DNA of 56,103 nucleotides from Acidimicrobiia bacterium (GCA_029287195.1 JARFRN010000149.1:1-56103), one strand, 5' to 3'; shown: positions 30,373-39,830, counted from the stretch's first letter. Notes: a model not told the origin generated them from the sequence alone. A program made the numbers and translations.

Positions 30373-30927
30373 ATGGACGTTCGGGCTTGTGGGGGCACAA
30401 TGCTGGTCATCGTTGCCTTGCTTGCAACCGCTTGCTCGGAGGGCAGTTCAGAGCGGCCGGTGCACACAGCGGCCGCGGCAACCACGGAGACCGACATGAG
30501 ACTCACTTCTTCGGCGTTTAGCCATGAGACCCCGATTCCGACTCGCTACACGTGTGACGGTGCTGACGTCTCCCCTCCCCTGCAGCTGAGCGATCTGCCC
30601 ACAGATACCGTTTCGCTGGCATTGGTAATGGACGATCCCGATGCCCCGGCCGGAGTGTGGGATCACTGGGTGGAGTACGACATCGAACCGCGCGAGGCGA
30701 TTTCGGAAGCAGTTACAGACCTGGGCACTGCGGGCAAGAACTCGTGGGATCGCACCGGATACGGCGGCCCGTGCCCTCCGAGCGGTACCCATCGATACTT
30801 CTTCACCGTCTATGCGCTCGACACGGAGTTGGGACTCGATCCCGGTGCCGACAAGGCTTCAGTCCTAGATGCGCTCGAGGGTCACGTTCTCGATCAAGCG
30901 ACACTCATGGGTACCTACAGCCGGTGA
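30373..30927 (+). CDS. YbhB/YbcL (PEBP) family lipoprotein
   Basis: Lipobox LATAC; YTCDGADVSPPL, DDPDAP, WDHW and YGGPCPPSGTHRY. Start uncertain. Confidence 0.9.
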   Translation: MDVRACGGTMLVIVALLATACSEGSSERPVHTAAAATTETDMRLTSSAFSHETPIPTRYTCDGADVSPPLQLSDLPTDTVSLALVMDDPDAPAGVWDHWVEYDIEPREAISEAVTDLGTAGKNSWDRTGYGGPCPPSGTHRYFFTVYALDTELGLDPGADKASVLDALEGHVLDQATLMGTYSR

Positions 30928-31004
30928 CGCACCCCGGGCAGACTGTTCGTAGCATCGCAGGCCACGGGATCGTAAGATCCCGCCGACATCCCCTTGAAGG
31001 CATC

Positions 31005-32549
31005 GTGACCACCACACAAGCCATCCCGCCAATCCACTTTGCTCCTGCTCGCGGGGCGCGCATCGCCTACCAGGTCTTTGGCGATGGGCCAGCAACCATC
31101 GTTGCGATTCCACCAACTGCACAGAACATCGAAATCGCCTGGGAGCGACCCGAGATTCGTCGCATGTTCGAGCGGTTTGCGTCGTTCTCCCGTTACCTCC
31201 ACTTCGACAAACGGGGTACCGGAGCCTCCGATAGGCGCAGCCACATCCCCGGTATCGATGAGAGGGTCGAAGACCTCCGTGCGGTCATGGATCATGCCGA
31301 AATCGAACGCGCTCATCTGTTCGTCGCCTCCGAGGGGGGCCCGATGGCAATCCTGTTTGCGGCCACATATCCCGAACGCGCCGAAAGTCTGACTCTGTGG
31401 GGCTCCGGAGCGTCGATGTTGCCGCGCAAGCTGAGCGAGGAGGAGGTTGCAGAGCAAAGGGAACGGCACGAACGATACGCCCGAGTGTGGGGCACGCCGG
31501 AATCGCCGGTTGTCGACGGCTTCGCCCCCTCTCTTGCAGGTGATCAGTCGTTCCGATCATGGCATCAGCGCTACGAACGCCAGGCGGCCACCACCGACTC
31601 GTTGCTCGAACTCCTCGAGCTGACCTTTGAGATGGATGTTCGCGAGGTACTACCGAAGCTCGACCTCCCGACACTCGTATTCCATCGAACCGATGATCGG
31701 ATAGTTCCCGTTGCCTTTGGCCGGGAACTAGCTGCCAAGATTCCCGGCGCCCGACTCATCGAACTCGAGGGCAACGATCACTTCCCCTACGCCGGTGATC
31801 TCGACACCTGGATGACAGAGATGGAGCGATTCCTGACCGGCGATGTCAAGCTGCGGCCCTCCCAACCGAGTCACAGCCCGATGGTGCGCATTACCACCCT
31901 CGGTCGTTTCGCGGTAGAGGTTGACGGCAGCGAGGTCCCTCGCTCGGCATGGGGTTCCCGGCGGGCACGCCAGCTGTGTAAACGCCTGGTTGCAGCCCGC
32001 GGCTGGCCGGTGACCCGGGATGAGCTCTTCGAGTTGCTGTGGCCGGACGAGTTCGACCGCCGCAAGCTGGGGGCACGCTTGTCGGTGCAGCTTTCTGCGG
32101 TTCGCCGGGTGCTCGGCGGCGGAGTCATCGCCGACCGGCAGACGGTCAGCCTCAACCTGGATGAGGTGACAACCGACCTGGAGGTATTCCACAACGCTCG
32201 TGATGACCGCACGATCGTCGCTGCCTACACAGGCGACTTCTTGCCCGACGATGTATACGAAGACTGGAGTGCAGCTACTCGCAACGAAGTGCGTTCTGTC
32301 TTCCTCTTGGCAGCACGTCGATTGGCAGAGCAAGAAATGCAGAACGAGCGGTTCGGCCATGCGATCGACCTCGGGCGCCGGCTGCTCGATGTTGATCGTT
32401 ATGACGAATCGGCCCACCAGCTCGTGGTTACCGCCCTGCTGGAGAGCGGCGAACCCGGCGAGGCCAAGCGGGCTCATCAGGCGTGGGCGGACGCTCTGGA
32501 CGAACTAGACATCGAGATACCGCCACTCAGCCGGTTACGACGATCGTAA
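31005..32549 (+). CDS. Alpha/beta hydrolase fused to a SARP-type wHTH + BTAD activator domain
   Basis: IAYQVFGDGP, FDKRGTGASDR, ASEGG and LEGNDH; C-terminal LGRFAV, VTRDELFELLWP, YTGDFLPDDVYEDW and DRYDESAHQLV. Confidence 0.85.
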   Translation: MTTTQAIPPIHFAPARGARIAYQVFGDGPATIVAIPPTAQNIEIAWERPEIRRMFERFASFSRYLHFDKRGTGASDRRSHIPGIDERVEDLRAVMDHAEIERAHLFVASEGGPMAILFAATYPERAESLTLWGSGASMLPRKLSEEEVAEQRERHERYARVWGTPESPVVDGFAPSLAGDQSFRSWHQRYERQAATTDSLLELLELTFEMDVREVLPKLDLPTLVFHRTDDRIVPVAFGRELAAKIPGARLIELEGNDHFPYAGDLDTWMTEMERFLTGDVKLRPSQPSHSPMVRITTLGRFAVEVDGSEVPRSAWGSRRARQLCKRLVAARGWPVTRDELFELLWPDEFDRRKLGARLSVQLSAVRRVLGGGVIADRQTVSLNLDEVTTDLEVFHNARDDRTIVAAYTGDFLPDDVYEDWSAATRNEVRSVFLLAARRLAEQEMQNERFGHAIDLGRRLLDVDRYDESAHQLVVTALLESGEPGEAKRAHQAWADALDELDIEIPPLSRLRRS

Positions 32550-32583
32550 GGTTTTCGAAAGGGTCGTGCGGCAGCATCGCCGC

Positions 32584-33096
32584 ATGAGTTACGAACACGC
32601 AACCATCCGCCCAGAGCCACAAGTGCTCGCGACCCATGAAGGCCGGCACCTTCACTTCCTGAATCATCTCGCCACCATCAAGGTGCGTGGCTCCGACACC
32701 GGCACCATGAGCGTTGTCGAGTTTGTTGGACCGCGCGGCTTCGGTCCGCCGCTTCACAACCACGAGTACGAGGATGAGCTCTTCATCGTGCTGGACGGTG
32801 AGATCGTCTTCCGCACCGGAGAGCTCGAGGTCGTCGCAGGTGCCGGTGCCCATGCCTTTCTGCCTCACGGCCGGCCTCACACTTTCCAGGTCCTATCGGA
32901 GACGGCCAGGTTCACTTGTATCACCACGGCAGACGCCGGGACACCGCAATTCGACCAGATGGTGGCCGAATTGGGCACCGTGATCGACAACCCGACCCTC
33001 CCGGCGCCGGGACCTATCGACCCAGCCCGCGTCGCAGAAGTGAATCGCCGCCACGGCATCGAGATACTCGGCCCTCCCCCTACCCCACTCGATTGA
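32584..33096 (+). CDS. Cupin domain protein (quercetinase-like)
   Basis: PPLHNHEYEDELFIVLDGE and LPHGRPHTF cupin motifs. Confidence 0.9.
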   Translation: MSYEHATIRPEPQVLATHEGRHLHFLNHLATIKVRGSDTGTMSVVEFVGPRGFGPPLHNHEYEDELFIVLDGEIVFRTGELEVVAGAGAHAFLPHGRPHTFQVLSETARFTCITTADAGTPQFDQMVAELGTVIDNPTLPAPGPIDPARVAEVNRRHGIEILGPPPTPLD

Positions 33097-33120
33097 CAAG
33101 AGACACCAAGGAGCATTCTC

Positions 33121-33642
33121 ATGCAAAGGAACCGACTGATCATTGCAGCTCTGCTCGGCACGCTGGCTGCAACCGCCTGTGCCGGCGACAGCCTGCCCCC
33201 AACAGACGAACCGATCGTGGTCACCGCCGTCGACTACGGGTTCGAGGGTCTGCCCGAGAAAGTCAGAGCGGGGACCACCCTGGCCCTGCAGAACGACAGC
33301 ATGGTCGAGGTCCACGAATTGGTGGCGATCCGCCTCCCCGATGATGAGACTCGCCCCGTCGACGAGTTGGTCCAGCTCCCACCGGAGCAACTGGCCTCCT
33401 TCTTTCCGGGCGTGGCGACCGTTGTCATAGCGCCCCCGGGCGAATCGGGCTTTGCAGTCGAGGGCACCGGGGTCCTTTCCGAACCAGGCAGATACGCAGT
33501 GATCTGCGTCATCCCCACCGGCGCCGATCCGGCCGCGTATCTCGAGGCCGCGGCCGAGGCCGAAGGAGGTCCGCCGGAGGTGGCCGGCGGACCGCCCCAC
33601 ATAGCAATGGGCATGTACGGCGAGGTCACGGTCGTCGAGTAA
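33121..33642 (+). CDS. Cupredoxin-like lipoprotein
   Basis: AAGGAG RBS; lipobox AATAC; VDYGF, N..(V)HEL, PGRYAVIC and H...GM..EVTV. Confidence 0.7.
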   Translation: MQRNRLIIAALLGTLAATACAGDSLPPTDEPIVVTAVDYGFEGLPEKVRAGTTLALQNDSMVEVHELVAIRLPDDETRPVDELVQLPPEQLASFFPGVATVVIAPPGESGFAVEGTGVLSEPGRYAVICVIPTGADPAAYLEAAAEAEGGPPEVAGGPPHIAMGMYGEVTVVE

Positions 33643-33660
33643 CGACGGGCCCCTCCTGCA

Positions 33661-33696
33661 CGATCCGGCGGGTTCCCTGGTGAGCCCGCCGGATCG
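33661..33696 (+). terminator. Stem-loop terminator
   Basis: CGATCCGGCGGGTTC-CCTGGT-GAGCCCGCCGGATCG: 15-bp stem with one G:U pair, 18 nt after the stop at 33642. Confidence 0.7.
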
Positions 33697-33797
33697 GTCG
33701 TGCCACCCGGTAGAGCGTCCTTGGCCTATCCAGAACCAGCCGTGATTGCGACCGCGGCGACCTTGCTCCGCGGCAGGTTACGTTTAGAGTCTCCCCC

Positions 33798-34220
33798 ATG
33801 ATTTCGATTACCGACCGTCAGCGCCGCTACTTCTCCTATGCCAACGACGTGCTGCTCTTCATCGTCGTACTCAACCTCTTCGTGGAGTATGTGGATGCAG
33901 TCATCATCGACTCATTCACAATATCGATCTTCACCGCGATCGTCCTCAAGATCATCCTCGACCTCCTCCTGGCGTTCGAGCACAGGGTGTCTGGCTTCTT
34001 CAAAGAACACAACCGGCCTCTGTTCGGAGCGCTGGCTGTGTGGCTGATCCTCTTCTCGAGCAAGTTCGTGATCCTCGAAATCATCGACATCATCTTCGGC
34101 GAGCACGTCGAGCTCGGCGGGTTCCTCTCGGTGCTGGCTTTGGTGGCAACGATGATGATTGCCCGGGCGGTGTTCCAGCGCATCTATCAGTCACTGGGGG
34201 ACACTCCGGCGGAGGCATAG
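33798..34220 (+). CDS. Hypothetical integral membrane protein (~4 TM)
   Basis: Hydrophobic 140-aa ORF with TAGAGT -10-like box 7 nt before the ATG. Confidence 0.8.
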   Translation: MISITDRQRRYFSYANDVLLFIVVLNLFVEYVDAVIIDSFTISIFTAIVLKIILDLLLAFEHRVSGFFKEHNRPLFGALAVWLILFSSKFVILEIIDIIFGEHVELGGFLSVLALVATMMIARAVFQRIYQSLGDTPAEA

Positions 34221-34319
34221 CTCCACTCGACCTCGACGCCCAATAGAGTGGGCCACGAGCTCAGAGAACTCGAATGGACGTTTGGCGACAAACGGTGCAA
34301 TAAGACACAGTCTCGGCCC

Positions 34320-34794
34320 TGGCTGAGAATGATCCTGCTATCTCGTTGTCCACGCGCAGAGATCTGCTTGGTAGCCGGACCTATCCCGTCTCGACCGTGT
34401 GGGCGATACTCGCGGTCCAGCGGCTCTTGAAGAAGCAGACTGAGAATGGTTCCTGGAGAGGACCCAGGCTGAGGCGACCGGTCTATCCAGCGAATCATTC
34501 CGACCTCCTCGCAACCTTCAAGCAGGTCCCCCCACTCGTTGAGCGATACAAGTTGACGAAAGCGTCGCCCGAGTTGCTGCTAGCGGCCGAGTGGCTGTTG
34601 GGTTTCCAGACCGACGAAGGCGACATTCGCGGTTCATCGGCAACCAGTACGCCACCTACTACACAGGGGCCGCCGACGGCATGTGGCACATAGTCAATGA
34701 CGGATCGGCCGAACGCCCGACGCCGACGAACCAGGAGCGTCGCGCATGGCCGACGCTCCGCGCATGCCGGGTGTTGAAGTCGCTCGCCGAGTAG
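34320..34794 (+). pseudogene. Remnant of a QW-repeat (prenyltransferase/squalene-oxidase repeat) alpha/alpha-barrel protein
   Basis: LLKKQTENGSW, AAEWLLGFQTDEGDIRG, frameshift near 34633, then (F)IGNQYATYYTGA joined to a C-terminal-like DGMW...WPTLRACRVLK*. Too short for a full barrel; no clear start. Confidence 0.6.
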
Positions 34795-34853
34795 GGCGCA
34801 CCGTCACTGATTTTTCGGGGGCTGACAGCTCTCACAGTTCGTGCCAGCATGGC

Positions 34854-36635
34854 ATGGTGACCGAAGTCATAGGCGCGTTCATCCTCGGCGTGGTTTCCGC
34901 CTCGTCGCTCGGGCTCGGTGCCGCCACCGCCAGGATATGGAAGCCCACCAATTTCATTCTTGGCCTGCTGACGGCATTCGGCGCAGGAGCGCTGCTCTCG
35001 GCGGTGACCATCGACGTGGTTGCGCCCTCGGTTGAACGTGGAGAGACCGGCTGGCTTGCCATCGGTGCAGTAATCGGTGGCTTGGCATTCGAAGGTCTCA
35101 ATCGAACTGTCAATGCTCGAGGCGGATTCCTGCGCAAAGCCTCTACTTCGATCACATTCTTGCGCGACCGGGAGCAGCGGCGAATCCGAGAGGTGCTCGA
35201 CGATCTGGAACGCATCGACGTGTTCGATGGCCTCCCCGATCGCGAACTGGACGAGATCGCCCGCGCCTTCCGCTCCGAACGCATCGCCACCGGGGAGACG
35301 TTGTTCCGTCGCGGCGACGCCTGTGAGCACATCAACGTTCTCGCCGAGGGTGAGGTCACGTTGGCTACGCTGGAGGGTGACGTTCACCTCCATCCCCATC
35401 AGGCCTTCGGCTACCTGGCGTTCGTAAGCGGCACTGCTCACAGTTCGACGGCCACCGCACGGACCGAAGCCGAAGTGCTCCGTCTCAGCCGGAACCGCCT
35501 CCGCAGTGTCCTCGGAACCTGCCCTGAGCTGGCCGAACGGCTGAGAACCAAAGCGGCCGACGACGAACTCGTCGCATACGTCCGCAGCCACCATCCCGAA
35601 ATCGCCGAAACTCACATCACGTCCTGGATGGAAGCACTGCGCGGCGAGGGTATCGAACAGATGCCGCAATTGCTCGACCTCACGTCCACAACACCGCGAG
35701 AGCAATTAGCCGATCATCTGGCCGATGTAGAGGTCTTTCGCAAGCTGTCATCCGACCAGCTGGCGCAGGTAGTGGACCTGATGTTCCCGGAGGAGCACGA
35801 GAGCGGGTACGTGTTCTTCCGGCCCGGCGAGCCTTCGGACCGCTTGTATGTGCTGGCGGACGGAGACGTCGCCCTGATCGACGCGACCGGCGAGTCCGAT
35901 GTCAGCATCCTGCTTCAAGAAGGGGAGGAATTCGGGTTGCTGTCGTTCGTCACCGGCTTGCGCCACGCGGCGACGGCAATCGCCCAGAGCCCCAGCGAGG
36001 CTTGGGTCCTGCTCCGCTCCCACCTCGATGAGATGGTACGCAACGATCCCCAGCTGCGCGCTGCGGTCATCGACTTCCTCGAAAGCCCCCGGATTGCCCG
36101 CTACTTCAAGGAAGATCAAGGTCTGGACGCCGAGCAAGCCGGTAGCATCAAGCGGCGGGCTATCAGTGCGGTGCGGCGGGGCCGACTGGCCCCCACCGTG
36201 AGCGCCAAGCTGACTCAGGGTGCTCCGATTGCCATCTGGCTCGGTCTGCTCCTCGACGGGATTCCGGAGTCGCTGGTCATCGGCGCGACCGCCGGTGCAG
36301 TACGGGTCTCCTTCATCGCCGGCATCTTCCTTTCCAACTACCCGGAGGCCTTATCCAGTTCGGTGGGCATGCGGGAGCAAGAGTTCCGTTGGAAACACAT
36401 CGCGATGCTGTGGGGAAGCGTCATCTTGGTCACCGGTGTGGGTGCCGCCATCGGCAGCGTGGTATTCCAGAGCGCCCCTACTGAGGCTTTCGCCATCGTG
36501 GCAGGCATGGCGGCCGGGGCAATGCTCACAGTCATCACTCAGACGATGATGCCTGAGGCCCTCCACCGCTCAGGCGGCTTTGTAGGCCTGGCCGCCCTCG
36601 CCGGATTCCTGATCACAACCCTGGTCGGCGCTTGA
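34854..36635 (+). CDS. ZIP (ZupT/GufA-like) metal transporter with two internal cNMP-binding-like domains
   Basis: TM1-3 (SLGLGA, AFGAGALLSAV), two CAP_ED-like domains (GETLFRRGD; GYVFFRPGEPSDRLYV), then LLDGIPES, FLSNYPEALSSS and AAGAMLTVITQTMMPEA. Confidence 0.88.
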   Translation: MVTEVIGAFILGVVSASSLGLGAATARIWKPTNFILGLLTAFGAGALLSAVTIDVVAPSVERGETGWLAIGAVIGGLAFEGLNRTVNARGGFLRKASTSITFLRDREQRRIREVLDDLERIDVFDGLPDRELDEIARAFRSERIATGETLFRRGDACEHINVLAEGEVTLATLEGDVHLHPHQAFGYLAFVSGTAHSSTATARTEAEVLRLSRNRLRSVLGTCPELAERLRTKAADDELVAYVRSHHPEIAETHITSWMEALRGEGIEQMPQLLDLTSTTPREQLADHLADVEVFRKLSSDQLAQVVDLMFPEEHESGYVFFRPGEPSDRLYVLADGDVALIDATGESDVSILLQEGEEFGLLSFVTGLRHAATAIAQSPSEAWVLLRSHLDEMVRNDPQLRAAVIDFLESPRIARYFKEDQGLDAEQAGSIKRRAISAVRRGRLAPTVSAKLTQGAPIAIWLGLLLDGIPESLVIGATAGAVRVSFIAGIFLSNYPEALSSSVGMREQEFRWKHIAMLWGSVILVTGVGAAIGSVVFQSAPTEAFAIVAGMAAGAMLTVITQTMMPEALHRSGGFVGLAALAGFLITTLVGA

Positions 36636-36649
36636 CGACCCATACCGGA

Positions 36650-37627
36650 CTAATCCCCGACGGCAATGACGGTCTTGCCGCTCGCATGACCCCCCGAGAT
36701 GTACCTCATCGCCTCGGCAACCTCCGCCAGGGGGTAAGTCCGGTCGATGATGGGTCTCAGCTCGCCGGCGTCGATGAACGCGATCAGATCCACCATGTCC
36801 TGTGACTTGACCTGGGAGTAGAAGGGGCGACCCTGCGCCTTGACGAACATCGAGATGATGCCTGCCTGCATCATCCGCCCCACTGCGCCGAACCAGCGTC
36901 CCTTCGATCGAGCACTGTTGCTGATCAGCACTCCGCCTTCGGCAACTGAGTTGCGGACTTCCGCCAGCGGCCGGTTGGCCACATTGTCGAGAATCAGGTC
37001 GTAGCGCGCCTCGCCCTTCGTGAAGTCGTCCTGCGTGTAGTCGATCACGTGGTCGGCCCCGAGCTGCTTTGCCAACTCGACGTTGCTCGGTCCGCACACC
37101 GCGGTGACCTCGGCTCCCAGCGCCTTAGCGATCTGGACGGCGTACATGCCGACACCACCGGTGGCGCCGTTTATCAGCACCTTGTCTCCCGCTTCGACCT
37201 TGCCGGCGTCACGAATCCCCCGCAGCGCAGTAACACCGGAGACCGGAATGGCGACGGCCTCCTCGGCACTGAGCCCGCCGGGCTTGTGCACCAGCTTGTC
37301 GGTGGGCACCACAGAGTATTCAGCGCACGAGCCACCATTCGTCTCACCGAAGACCTCGTCACCGGTCTGGAAGCCGCGGACCTCCTTGCCGACAGCTTCA
37401 ACCCTGCCGGCGAAGTCGAACCCGGGAATCCGCTTCTTCGGCCTTCGCAATCCCGCACCCAGCCGCATGATGTAGGGCTCCCCCTTCATCAGCATCAGAT
37501 CGCCGATGTGCAGGGCCGCCTTCTCCACCCGAACGAGCACTTCGTCGTCTTTCGGGACCGGCTTCTCGATGTCCCTGAGTTCCAGCACATCGGGGGATCC
37601 GTACTCATCCTGCACCACCGCTTTCAT
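36650..37627 (-). CDS. MDR family NAD(P)-dependent oxidoreductase
   Basis: YGSPDVL, PGFDFAG, VLINGATGGVG, LGADHVIDY and IIDRTYPL. Confidence 0.92.
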   Translation of the reverse strand: MKAVVQDEYGSPDVLELRDIEKPVPKDDEVLVRVEKAALHIGDLMLMKGEPYIMRLGAGLRRPKKRIPGFDFAGRVEAVGKEVRGFQTGDEVFGETNGGSCAEYSVVPTDKLVHKPGGLSAEEAVAIPVSGVTALRGIRDAGKVEAGDKVLINGATGGVGMYAVQIAKALGAEVTAVCGPSNVELAKQLGADHVIDYTQDDFTKGEARYDLILDNVANRPLAEVRNSVAEGGVLISNSARSKGRWFGAVGRMMQAGIISMFVKAQGRPFYSQVKSQDMVDLIAFIDAGELRPIIDRTYPLAEVAEAMRYISGGHASGKTVIAVGD

Positions 37628-37667
37628 CGCACCTCCCTATGACTTGTGCACCGTGGATGCTTCTCGA

Positions 37668-37946
37668 CTAGGCGGCGTCGCCCTTGTCCTTGCTACGTTC
37701 CTCGGCGAGGTACTTCTGGTAGCGCCGGTTGTCGCTGTCTCCGTCACCTATGAAGTAGTAGGCGACATGAAACGCCAAACCAATTCCCCAACCGATCGTC
37801 ACCCATAGGGCCGCTTCCGGAACGATGATCCAGAGGAATGCATTGATGATTACAAACGTAGCGGCGTGCCATGCGACATCGGTGAAGTCCTTCACCCTTC
37901 TCTCGGCCCGCTCCTCTGGCGTGCTGTTCATCGCCTCACCCATCAT
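37668..37946 (-). CDS. 2TM domain small membrane protein
   Basis: RAERRVK..F.WH...FVIINAFLW...W..IGWGIGLAFH pattern; AAGGAG RBS. Confidence 0.85.
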   Translation of the reverse strand: MMGEAMNSTPEERAERRVKDFTDVAWHAATFVIINAFLWIIVPEAALWVTIGWGIGLAFHVAYYFIGDGDSDNRRYQKYLAEERSKDKGDAA

Positions 37947-38028
37947 CTTCTCCTTCGACGTTCACTACCGCACCATCATCTGCCCACACCCCCGAGGCGT
38001 CTAGTCGGCCAAAGGACCCTTTGTGCCG

Positions 38029-38044
38029 TCAACCGATCGGTTGA
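38029..38044. promoter_or_regulatory. Perfect 16-bp palindrome, candidate operator
   Basis: TCAACCGATCGGTTGA in the divergent intergenic region, about 75 nt upstream of the ABC/TCS operon. Confidence 0.6.
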
Positions 38045-38118
38045 TTCAGATACCCCCAACGGGACGATGCACTTGCGATCAGCCTGCGGCATGCTGAGAG
38101 AGTTGTGAAAGGAGCAAC

Positions 38119-39045
38119 ATGCCGGTCATCGAGGTGGAGGGTCTCGTCAAGACCTACGACGGGTTGAATGCCGTGGACGGCATCTCGTTCAGCGTCGAGG
38201 AAGGTGAGATCTTTGGGATCGTCGGCCCCAACGGCGCCGGCAAAACCACGACCGTCGAATCCGTCGAGGGACTACGCAAACCGGATGCCGGCTCGATCCG
38301 GGTGCTCGGCTTCGACCCTCTGCAGGATCGCTACGAGGTAACGCAGCGACTGGGCGCACAGCTTCAGGAGAGTCGGCTGCAGGATCGGCTTCGGGTCGGT
38401 GAGGCTATGGAACTCTACGCTTCGTTCTACACCCATCCGGCCGATTGGCGCGAGTTGCTGCGGAGGCTTGGCCTCGACAACAAGACCGCAGCGCGGTACT
38501 CGACCCTATCGGGTGGGCAAAAACAGCGCCTGGCGGTTGCCCTGGCGTTGATCGGCTCACCGGAGATTGCCATCCTCGACGAGCTCACCACGGGGCTAGA
38601 TCCCCAGGCACGCCGATCTGTGTGGGACAACATCGAAGACATCCGGGATAACGGCGTGACCGTCGTGTTGGTGACCCACTTCATGGAGGAAGCCGAGCGA
38701 CTTTGTGATCGGATCATGGTTGTCGATCGTGGGAGGGTCGTGGCGAAGGACACCCCTTCGGGTCTGGTCGCCCGTATGGGCGCAGAGCAGCAATTGCGCT
38801 TCCGGCCCTCGGTGCCCATCGCAGACGCGGACCTCGAGGAACTGGCCGAAGTCACCACCGTCACCCGCCGTGGCAACCAGCTCGTGGTGAACGGCACCGG
38901 CAACGTCGTGCACGCAGTCACCGCATTGTTGGCGCAGCGGGGTGTCATCGCTGAAGAGCTGCGCATCGAACAGAGCAGCCTGGAGGACGCCTACCTGGCA
39001 CTGACCGGAAACGACAACACTGCATTGAACAGGGAGGTGAAGTGA
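38119..39045 (+). CDS. ABC exporter ATP-binding protein
   Basis: GPNGAGKTT, LSGGQKQR, LDELTTGLD and THFMEEAE; AAAGGAG RBS. Confidence 0.96.
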   Translation: MPVIEVEGLVKTYDGLNAVDGISFSVEEGEIFGIVGPNGAGKTTTVESVEGLRKPDAGSIRVLGFDPLQDRYEVTQRLGAQLQESRLQDRLRVGEAMELYASFYTHPADWRELLRRLGLDNKTAARYSTLSGGQKQRLAVALALIGSPEIAILDELTTGLDPQARRSVWDNIEDIRDNGVTVVLVTHFMEEAERLCDRIMVVDRGRVVAKDTPSGLVARMGAEQQLRFRPSVPIADADLEELAEVTTVTRRGNQLVVNGTGNVVHAVTALLAQRGVIAEELRIEQSSLEDAYLALTGNDNTALNREVK

Positions 39046-39788
39046 TGTCGGCCACGATGCAACTAGCCAAGACCGAGAGCCGGCTCTTCATGAGGGATCC
39101 GATTGCGCTTTTCTTCGGATTGGTGTTTCCCGGGGCCCTTCTCCTGGCACTGGGCTATTTGTTCCCGGGATTTGATGAGCCGTCGGCCGATCTCGATGGT
39201 TTGACCTACACAGAAGCCTTTGCGCCGATGATGATCGTGCTCGGCATTGCGACCTTGGGATTGGTGACGCTGCCGCCGATTCTGGGAACATACCGGCAGT
39301 TCGGCATATTGCGGCGCCTGCGCACGACCCCGGTGCATCCTGCTCGTTTGCTGTGGGCCCAGCTGGTTGTGCATATGGCAGTGGCAATTGTCGCTGCCTT
39401 GATTGCTATCGCCGTCGCAGCCCTGGCATTCGACATCGCGGCGCCGGAGATGCCTCTGTGGTTCGCGCTGTCATTCATCCTTGCAACTACGTCCACATTC
39501 ACGATCGGCTTGCTAGTGGGAGCCCTGGCCCGCAGCACGGTTGCCGGACAGGCAATCGGCATGGGTCTCTTCTTTCCACTGCTTTTCCTTGGCGGTATGT
39601 GGGTTCCGCGCCAAATCATGCCGGACGGGCTGCGAACGGTGAGCGACTTCACCCCGCTCGGTTCTGCAGTGGGGTCTTTGACCGACACGTGGTTCGGCTC
39701 CACCCCGGAACCGCTGCATCTCGTGGTCATGGCTGCCTATGCGGTTGTTGTTGGCTTTCTTGCGGTTCGCCTCTTCCGGTGGGAGTGA
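39042..39788 (+). CDS. ABC-2 type permease
   Basis: About 6 TM segments, YRQFGILRRLRTTP and FLGGMWVP; coupled to the ATPase gene. Confidence 0.93.
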   Translation: MMSATMQLAKTESRLFMRDPIALFFGLVFPGALLLALGYLFPGFDEPSADLDGLTYTEAFAPMMIVLGIATLGLVTLPPILGTYRQFGILRRLRTTPVHPARLLWAQLVVHMAVAIVAALIAIAVAALAFDIAAPEMPLWFALSFILATTSTFTIGLLVGALARSTVAGQAIGMGLFFPLLFLGGMWVPRQIMPDGLRTVSDFTPLGSAVGSLTDTWFGSTPEPLHLVVMAAYAVVVGFLAVRLFRWE

Positions 39789-39830
39789 GGGAAGAACGGC
39801 AACCCCTAGGCTTACAGGCGGAGCAGAACC

